A DNA stretch of 64,000 bases, from contig JABJFC010000086.1 in assembly GCA_018662925.1 (NCBI GenBank), forward strand, positions 50 through 64,049. The letters are read 5' to 3'. Positions 58,101 to 64,000 of this stretch are shown one piece after another; position 1 is the first letter of the stretch, and the number at the start of each line of letters is the position of its first letter. The position numbers and the translations under genes are program-made. The notes under the pieces were generated by a model. That model searched no databases. It had not been told where the DNA came from and was given only the letters and a program-made list of their open reading frames with translations. The stretch comes from Alphaproteobacteria bacterium. Its GTDB lineage: Bacteria > Pseudomonadota > Alphaproteobacteria > 16-39-46 > JABJFC01.

Positions 58101-60050
58101 ATAGAAACGACTGATTTCGCGGTAGTGGGCATTGGTGACATGGCTGGCGATGTTTTTGGCAATGGTATGCTTTGTTCTTCTCACATTAAGTTGATCGGTG
58201 CATTTAATCACCAACATATTTTTCTGGACCCAAATCCAGATGCCTCAAAGAGTTTTGCAGAAAGACAGAGACTTTTTAAGCTCCCTCGATCCAGTTGGGA
58301 AGATTATAATTCGAAGCTAATTTCTAAAGGCGGGGGTGTCTTTAGTCGTCAAGCAAAAGCAATAAAACTTTCTAAAGAAACGAAGGCGCTTCTGGGTATA
58401 GCCCATGACTCTCTCTCTCCAAATGAGCTTATTAAAGCCCTTTTAAAAGCGTCCTATGACCTTCTTTGGTTTGGAGGCATTGGGACCTTCATAAAAAGCT
58501 CTGACGAAAAAAATTCTGACGCTGGAGATCGATCCAATGATGGGCTCCGTGTAAATGCTAAAGACTTAAATTGCCGTATTATTGGAGAAGGCGCCAATTT
58601 AGGCATTACTCAAAAGGGCCGCATCGAATTCGCTCTAGCCGGCGGAAAAATAAACACTGATTTTATAGATAACTCAGCCGGTGTCGACTGCTCTGATCAT
58701 GAAGTAAATCTTAAAATTTTTATGAAACAGTTAATTGATCAAAAAGTTTTAAGCCCCGCTAAAAGAAATACTTTGTTGGCACAAATAGAACCAAATGTTG
58801 CTTCCCTGGTGTTGCGAGACAACTACCTACAAACACAAATTATCAGTATCATTGAATCCCAAGGCATAAAGATTCTTGGCCAACAAGCCAGGTTTATGAG
58901 AAACCTTGAGCGCATGCAGATACTTAACCGAGAGCTAGAGTTTCTCCCAAATGACGATATTATCGCCGAACGTTTCGCTCATGGAATCGGTTTCACTCGC
59001 CCTGAGATCGCTGTCTTACTCTCTTACAGTAAAATATCACTGAAAATAAAACTTATGGAATCTTCTAGTACTGAAGATTCGCATTTTCTGAGCAATTTAT
59101 ATGACTACTTTCCGAAAAAGATCCAAGAAAAATATAAAAAGCAAATGATGAATCACCCTCTAAAAAGGGAAATAATTTTGACCCAAGTGATCAATGAAAT
59201 GGTGAATAGGACTGGTTTTGCCTTCGTCACAGACATGGTTGAACAATCCGGTGCAAAAATTAGAGATGTCCTAAAATCCTATACAATCGTGTGCAGTATC
59301 TTCGATCTTAATAGTCACTGGGAATCAATTGAAAAATTGGACAATAAAGTAAACGCTGAAACTCAAACACAAATGCAAATGGAAGTCGTCCACTTTCTCA
59401 GGCTCTCTGTTTTATGGTTTTTAAGACACAAACGTTTCAATATTCAGGATGAAATTAAAGCATTTTCTGAAGGAATCATGTCCTTAAGTTCTAATATGAC
59501 CAAATATGTGACGAAGTCAGATTATGAGTTAAATCTGGAGGAATCCAAAAACTATATTTCTTGTAGTGTTCCAAAGCAACTTGCTCAAAAAATAGCCTTC
59601 ATGAATTTTCTTCCATTTAGTCTTTATATTGTCCAGATATCAAAGGAATGTACTATTTCCATTGAATCTATTGCCCGTACATATTTTTATGTGGGAGAAT
59701 TCTTTGGATTTAATTGGCTTCGAGATGAAGCCGACAACCTTATTTCTGAAAACTATTGGCAAAAAATCTCCATAAGTGCCCTTGTCGACGAACTTTCCAA
59801 ATGTCAGAGCAAACTTACGAAGGCTATTCTCCAGTACTGTCAAAAATCCCAGAAAGGATGTCCAAATATTAACAAGCCTGAAGTGGTTGTAGATCACTGG
59901 GTACAAAATCATTCCAACATTTATACTCAATTGGATCAGCTTTTAAATGATTTCAAAACCCATAACGTCGATATATCGATGCTTTTTGTCGCTGTTCGTC
60001 AACTAAATGAGTTTTTAAAACTACCGACAACTTATCCACGAAATCCGTGA
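55152..60050 (+). CDS. gdhZ: NAD-specific glutamate dehydrogenase, large (about 180 kDa) GdhZ/GdhB type
   Basis: 1632 aa; catalytic core GGIRWSDRREDF...VPTGAKGGF typical of the large NAD-GDH family. Confidence 0.9.
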   Translation: MECRKAHKLTGKKMISTVKKSPLDEVALLLPKKSGKKQKSLVDFMYQLLENTSHGDLEQLGTKTLASLADDFYHFAQQRKAGEEKVKAFIPDAKRFPNLANSTVIEVVHDDMPFLVDSLTSELQRHDLTIRLTIHPVIKIERTAGGAVQKILDRRNALEKDHFESCIVIVLAETLSNKKLDDIKSNIVKVLKDVQKSVRDWAAMRSRVLEAEYMVEQNALLNSDKDRDEVVEFLRWLSNDHFTFLGYRDYTFSKAKADPDLISSLGFLSDTHRRLFKGNSDFLSPQCQIGKKCTLSDVLMITKTICRSTVHRNAPMDVIRLKKFDESGNVIGEIQFVGLFTSTAYNRSPRDIPLLRRKVRQVLKKSSFSPQWHDGKALIHILESLPRDELFQMTNENLYEVSIAILHLQERQRLSLFVREDPFEHFISCLIYVPQDRYNSELREKMQEILEAAFQGPISFWQSQLGDLPYARVHFIITLSPGALPKYDTKELEQKLFQASLSWKDLLKEQFIETFSAGTGREYFRHFAKAFPVPYQSRYGAQTATEDALRIDEISADAPLSIKLVSPSEATKPELHAKLYHHDQALPLAAVLPLFESMGLKVLNETSFKILPKERLSPVWIHDFEISLERLELKDTLKVSALFEDCFLKIHQGVVENDQFNALVFKSESPWHNIVILRAYAKYLRQLGVPYSQSYIEEALIHQPNIVKKLVDLFYLRFDPEMQKIKTRESKEKNLVSSITKALDEVKSLDEDRILRSYLNLITSTLRTNYFQRKIEEQKENVLSFKIHAAKIFDMPEPRPEYEIFMYSPRMEAVHLRGGKIARGGIRWSDRREDFRTEILGLMKAQMVKNTVIVPTGAKGGFIVKTTKNGKTRDEFLQEGIACYQQMIRGILDITDNIKSGKAVPPQKVVIYDEDDPYLVVAADKGTATFSDIANEISAEYNFWLGDAFASGGTSGYDHKNMGITARGAWESVKRHFQELNTNIETTDFAVVGIGDMAGDVFGNGMLCSSHIKLIGAFNHQHIFLDPNPDASKSFAERQRLFKLPRSSWEDYNSKLISKGGGVFSRQAKAIKLSKETKALLGIAHDSLSPNELIKALLKASYDLLWFGGIGTFIKSSDEKNSDAGDRSNDGLRVNAKDLNCRIIGEGANLGITQKGRIEFALAGGKINTDFIDNSAGVDCSDHEVNLKIFMKQLIDQKVLSPAKRNTLLAQIEPNVASLVLRDNYLQTQIISIIESQGIKILGQQARFMRNLERMQILNRELEFLPNDDIIAERFAHGIGFTRPEIAVLLSYSKISLKIKLMESSSTEDSHFLSNLYDYFPKKIQEKYKKQMMNHPLKREIILTQVINEMVNRTGFAFVTDMVEQSGAKIRDVLKSYTIVCSIFDLNSHWESIEKLDNKVNAETQTQMQMEVVHFLRLSVLWFLRHKRFNIQDEIKAFSEGIMSLSSNMTKYVTKSDYELNLEESKNYISCSVPKQLAQKIAFMNFLPFSLYIVQISKECTISIESIARTYFYVGEFFGFNWLRDEADNLISENYWQKISISALVDELSKCQSKLTKAILQYCQKSQKGCPNINKPEVVVDHWVQNHSNIYTQLDQLLNDFKTHNVDISMLFVAVRQLNEFLKLPTTYPRNP

Positions 60051-60359
60051 ATAAGCCTGTGGATAAGCACTGAATAATTCGTCTATCTTAAGCTCTAGAA
60101 AGACTTTTTTCCTGATTGACTCCTTTTTGAGCAACTCTAAAAATATATATTTAACTTGTTGTTTTGTAAGTATATTTTTTATTGATGATATTTTTCAAAT
60201 TTAAAATGTAGCTTCAGTTTGTCAACAAGTATTTGGGGGAAATTCCCCCTCAATTCCCCTTGTGAATATTTTTAATGGTTTAGAGTAAGTCTAAAGTGTT
60301 TTCTAAATGAAAAAGAAAAAGCTGATTAATAAACTTGGCTCCCAACATCTACAAGAAAC

Positions 60360-60614
60360 TTAAACCATCCCCAGTGCATTTCGATAAAGGTCTAAAAGCT
60401 CCTCTTGTTCGGCCAAGTCTTCCTTATCCATTTTCCTAAGTTTGACAATTTGTCTCATGATTTTGGCGTCAAAACCCACTGATTTTGCTTCCGCATATAC
60501 CTCTCGCAGATCCTGTGCCATATTTGATTTATCTTCTTCCAGTTTTTCGATCCGATCAATAAAACTTCTAAGTCTATCGGTCCCAACACTTAATACTTCA
60601 GCCATAATTAACAC
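60360..60614 (-). CDS. gapR: DUF2312/GapR-like nucleoid-associated protein
   Basis: 84 aa; LRSFIDRIEKLEEDK...EVYAEAKSVGFD...LDLYRNALGMV closely resembles alphaproteobacterial GapR. Confidence 0.7.
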   Translation of the reverse strand: MLIMAEVLSVGTDRLRSFIDRIEKLEEDKSNMAQDLREVYAEAKSVGFDAKIMRQIVKLRKMDKEDLAEQEELLDLYRNALGMV

Positions 60615-60748
60615 TCCTACATATGTGGATGTGAACTTTAGCTTTCCAGCTTTTCTATGACAAGGGACAAAAATTCTTTCATTGCGTAATTTTTGCTTTC
60701 ATTCTCCCATGAAGCTGAGGATAATGAGATTAATTATAGGGAATTTTT

Positions 60749-62167
60749 ATGCCACATACACCTCATGCTAAAATTGTTGCCACTCTAGGCCCTGCTAGCG
60801 CCTCAGAGCAAGTCATTGAAGAGCTCTATGAGAGAGGCGTAGATGTCTTTCGGTTGAACTTCTCCCACGGGACCCATGAGGATCATAAGGCATCCTTTGA
60901 CATTATTCGAAAGCTAGAACGAAAAGTAGAACGTCCCATTGGCGTCCTTATGGACCTTCAAGGTCCGAAACTCAGGATTAGTAACTTTAAGGATGGATCT
61001 ATCCAGCTAAAGCCTGGAGATACCTTCCGTCTGGACTCGGATTCCAGCAAAGGAGACACTTCACGTATCTACCTCCCTCACCCTGAGATTTTCCATGTTA
61101 TCTCCAAAAGCATGAGTCTTTTGCTAGACGATGGAAAAATTCACCTGAAAGTTCTTCATCATGCAAAAGATTACATCGACACCCAGGTTATTGTGGGAGG
61201 AACCCTATCGAACCATAAAGGTGTCAATATTCCGGATGTAAAACTACCTATTTCTGCTCTTACGGAAAAAGATAAGAAGGATCTTGCATACGGATTAAAA
61301 CTGGGGGTGGATTGGGTTGCTCTTTCCTTTGTCCAACGCCCAAAAGATATTTTAGAAGCACAAAAGCTGATAAAAGGAAATGCTGGCCTTATTTCTAAAC
61401 TTGAAAAACCATCTGCCATAGAGCATTTAAATGAAATTGTTGAGCTTTCCGACGCTATTATGGTTGCCCGAGGAGACCTGGGAGTTGAAATGCCGCCTGA
61501 AGAAGTTCCTATCATCCAAAAGCGCATCATTAAGGCCTGTAGGAAAGCGGGAAAACCAGTAATTATTGCCACACAGATGCTGGATTCTATGATTCACTCT
61601 CCCACGCCTACCCGCGCAGAAGCCTCCGACGTTGCAACAGCCATATATGATGGTGTGGATGCCGTTATGCTGTCAGCCGAATCGGCCTCTGGACACTTTC
61701 CTGTAGAAACCGTTGATATGATGGACAGAATTATTAGGCGGGTTGAAGAAGATCCTCTATATAGAAAGCTGCTAGAAGTCAGTCGCCCTGACCCACAAGA
61801 AACAGTTGAGGATGCTATTACTGCTGCAGCAAGAAAAGTAGCTCAAACCCTTCCCATTTCTGCAATTGTTGCCTTCACCGAAACGGGGGCAACTCCTTGC
61901 CGAGAAGCCCGAGAGCGCCCAGAATCTCATATTCTCGCCCTAACACCAAAGCTTGAAACAGCACGGAGGCTTTCTCTAGTATGGGGAATCTATCCCATTG
62001 TTATAGAACGAGAAATTGAAAGAACCAAGCAGATGGTTGAAACGGCCTGCTTCCATGCTTTGCATAAAAAATTTGCCAATAAAGGGGATCTGCTCGTCAT
62101 TACGGCAGGCATCCCCCTTCGAACCCCGGGGACTTCTAACTTCCTTCGTATTGTTAAGGTGCAATAG
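60749..62167 (+). CDS. pyk: pyruvate kinase
   Basis: 472 aa; KIVATLGPAS, MVARGDLG motifs. Confidence 0.95.
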   Translation: MPHTPHAKIVATLGPASASEQVIEELYERGVDVFRLNFSHGTHEDHKASFDIIRKLERKVERPIGVLMDLQGPKLRISNFKDGSIQLKPGDTFRLDSDSSKGDTSRIYLPHPEIFHVISKSMSLLLDDGKIHLKVLHHAKDYIDTQVIVGGTLSNHKGVNIPDVKLPISALTEKDKKDLAYGLKLGVDWVALSFVQRPKDILEAQKLIKGNAGLISKLEKPSAIEHLNEIVELSDAIMVARGDLGVEMPPEEVPIIQKRIIKACRKAGKPVIIATQMLDSMIHSPTPTRAEASDVATAIYDGVDAVMLSAESASGHFPVETVDMMDRIIRRVEEDPLYRKLLEVSRPDPQETVEDAITAAARKVAQTLPISAIVAFTETGATPCREARERPESHILALTPKLETARRLSLVWGIYPIVIEREIERTKQMVETACFHALHKKFANKGDLLVITAGIPLRTPGTSNFLRIVKVQ

Positions 62168-62247
62168 CTTAGAAGCTCACCTTGAAAAATTTAGAAACAC
62201 CTCTTAAGCTGCATGAATATTAATTAGATAGAGGACTGCATAAAACC

Positions 62248-62448
62248 ATGTCACAAACCCTCACCATTTTTCTTTTCATTGCGATGGGTGCTGCATTTGT
62301 CGCGCTTCTGGTAGGACTTTTCACCTTCTTTAAAGGCGGAGAGTTCAACAAGAAACATGGGAATCAGTTTATGCGCTGGCGTATTCTCCTTCAAGGATTA
62401 GCGCTCATTTTATTTACCTTCCTTTTACTCTACGCTCAAAGGGGATAA
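62248..62448 (+). CDS. twin-transmembrane-helix small protein (HIG1-domain family)
   Basis: 66 aa; two TM helices separated by a short loop; typical alphaproteobacterial HIG1-like protein. Confidence 0.55.
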   Translation: MSQTLTIFLFIAMGAAFVALLVGLFTFFKGGEFNKKHGNQFMRWRILLQGLALILFTFLLLYAQRG

Positions 62449-62450
62449 AA

Positions 62451-63017
62451 GTGGTTAGGTTGACCAAAATCTACACTCGTGGAGGGGATAAGGGGAAAAC
62501 ATCCTTAGGAGATGGAACACGCGTCTGTAAATCTGACCCAAGAATTATAGCTCTTTGCGCTATTGACGAAGCCAATGCAACCATTGGTTTAGTACGCCTT
62601 GATCTATCCGGACATCTAGAACAGATGATTAGACGCATTCAAAATGATCTTTTCGATCTAGGAGCTGATATTTGTCTTCCCGTAAAAACAAAACGGGAAA
62701 ATCCCTTACGCCTCTCTGAGGAACAGGTGAAACGCCTCGAAAAAGAGATCGATACTTTAAATAAGGATTTGTCTCCCTTAACTTCTTTTGTCCTTCCTGG
62801 AGGCACAAAAGCATCTACCCACCTTCACCTCGCTCGTACTGTAACACGGCGTGCAGAATGTGCGATGATCAGCCTTAATAAAAAGTCCCCCGTCAACCCA
62901 CTTGCCATCCAATACATTAACCGCCTTTCAGATCTCTTATTCGTTCTAGCACGCACCTTAAATGATCATGGAAATCGAGATGTTTTATGGGTACCAGGAG
63001 AGCATCACTCACTCTAA
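62451..63017 (+). CDS. ATP:cob(I)alamin adenosyltransferase, PduO/MMAB type
   Basis: 188 aa; N-terminal KIYTRGGDKGKTSL motif diagnostic of PduO-type adenosyltransferases. Confidence 0.8.
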   Translation: MVRLTKIYTRGGDKGKTSLGDGTRVCKSDPRIIALCAIDEANATIGLVRLDLSGHLEQMIRRIQNDLFDLGADICLPVKTKRENPLRLSEEQVKRLEKEIDTLNKDLSPLTSFVLPGGTKASTHLHLARTVTRRAECAMISLNKKSPVNPLAIQYINRLSDLLFVLARTLNDHGNRDVLWVPGEHHSL

Positions 63018-63165
63018 AAAAAAATTAATCATTTCCAATGACTTCTGATGACATTTTGCTAACTACATAAAAAAAAAGAATTAAAAAGCGTTGCGAGCCT
63101 CATTTAAAGCAGCTAGACTGGACTTCATCCTTTAAAATAAAAATAAGAAATATGGGGAGAATATA

Positions 63166-63459
63166 ATGGCACTGGGTTCTTTTACGAATAATCCTTTTTT
63201 CAAGAAATTTCTGGTTTTTCCAGGAACAGATAAAGGTTCGGACTCAAAACAATCTTTAAAGTTAAAGCAATATGACATGTCTAAGAGATGGCTAGAAAGC
63301 CTTTCACCTGTCAACGACAATGAAGAAATTCGTCTTGAAGATATCGACACAAATGATTTGTTCGAAGCTCTAGGCTTTCCACACTTGAAAGATAAAACAG
63401 CCTCAAATGGGCCGTCTGATCTTTTATTCTGGAAAAGCAGGGACGAATTCTACAACTAA
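63166..63459 (+). CDS. hypothetical protein
   Basis: 97-aa ORF, no recognisable motif. Confidence 0.25.
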   Translation: MALGSFTNNPFFKKFLVFPGTDKGSDSKQSLKLKQYDMSKRWLESLSPVNDNEEIRLEDIDTNDLFEALGFPHLKDKTASNGPSDLLFWKSRDEFYN

Positions 63460-63696
63460 ACATCTGTCCAAAATCCTTTACAAGTGAAGTTACCTTCGCT
63501 TGTAAGGAGTTTGGGCTGATTTAGTTTCCATTGTTGACAATATCATCAATCAGACTCCTTGCCCGCCTGATGGATTTTTATTGAAAAACTTAATTTTTTC
63601 TTAATACTCCCAACTTACTCATATACTTTACTAGCTTAATATGCTTAACCTTGTGGCATCTTTGAACACATAGCATATTAAATATTGATTTGAAAA

Positions 63697-64000
63697 ATGA
63701 GTAAACGTCGCATTCTTCTGGCTGGTACCCTTGGAAACGCTCTAGAGTTTTACGACTTCACCCTCTTCGGTGCCTTTGCGTCAACTCTAGCAAATGTGTT
63801 TTTTCCATCGGAAGATCCCATGATCTCCCTCCTTTCTGGTTGGATTGTATTTGCAGTTGGATTTTTAATGCGCCCTTTCGGCGCCGCACTTTTCGGATAT
63901 ATTGGTGATAAGTATGGGCGCAAAAAATCTCTCACACTGTCTCTCTTACTTATGTCCATTCCAACCTTGATTATTGGCACCATGCCTGGCCATGCGTCTG
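63697..64000 (+). CDS. MFS metabolite:H+ symporter (ProP/KgtP-like), 5-prime partial at the window edge
   Basis: Manual translation MSKRRILLAGTLGNALEFYDFTLFGAFAS...MRPFGAALFGYIGDKYGRKKSL matches the MFS family N-terminus; not in the ORF track because it runs off the window. Confidence 0.7.
   Translation, partial: MSKRRILLAGTLGNALEFYDFTLFGAFASTLANVFFPSEDPMISLLSGWIVFAVGFLMRPFGAALFGYIGDKYGRKKSLTLSLLLMSIPTLIIGTMPGHAS

Overview
Low-GC (roughly 40%) alphaproteobacterial chromosomal segment, mostly core housekeeping genes in conserved pairs. Core calls include hslVU, uvrA, ftsK-lolA, an RND efflux pair, rplU-rpmA-obgE, pal-tolB, ettA, rpoH, rluD, an NAD-glutamate dehydrogenase (GdhZ-type), gapR-like, pyk, five tRNAs, and three MscS-family channels. 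The gene content resembles an obligate-intracellular or Holosporales/Rickettsiales-like lineage, but the lineage cannot be proven from sequence alone. Accessory content sits mainly at the left end. Bases 1-5400 hold an Abi_2/HEPN-motif hypothetical protein next to an IS21-family element (istA/istB, about 50-bp terminal inverted repeats, 4-bp TGAG target duplication). That IS21 has inserted into an IS6-family transposase gene, leaving N- and C-terminal fragments. A second, degenerate IS6-like remnant with about 50-bp imperfect inverted repeats lies beside tRNA-Asn. Other noteworthy items: a 953-aa polytopic membrane protein with a Glu-rich disordered tail (candidate secreted or host-interaction effector). 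A small-membrane/GT2/WecB/large-membrane-protein envelope glycan cluster. A GC-rich structured intergenic element between obgE and pal. An iGluR-like binding-domain/channel chimera. A stand-alone MgtE cytosolic-domain protein upstream of full-length MgtE. bL21 with an AKP-rich histone-H1-like tail. A palindrome plus direct repeat upstream of a DUF4143 AAA ATPase. No CRISPR array and no rRNA were seen. All family assignments come from reading motifs in the translated ORFs and have not been run against any database.
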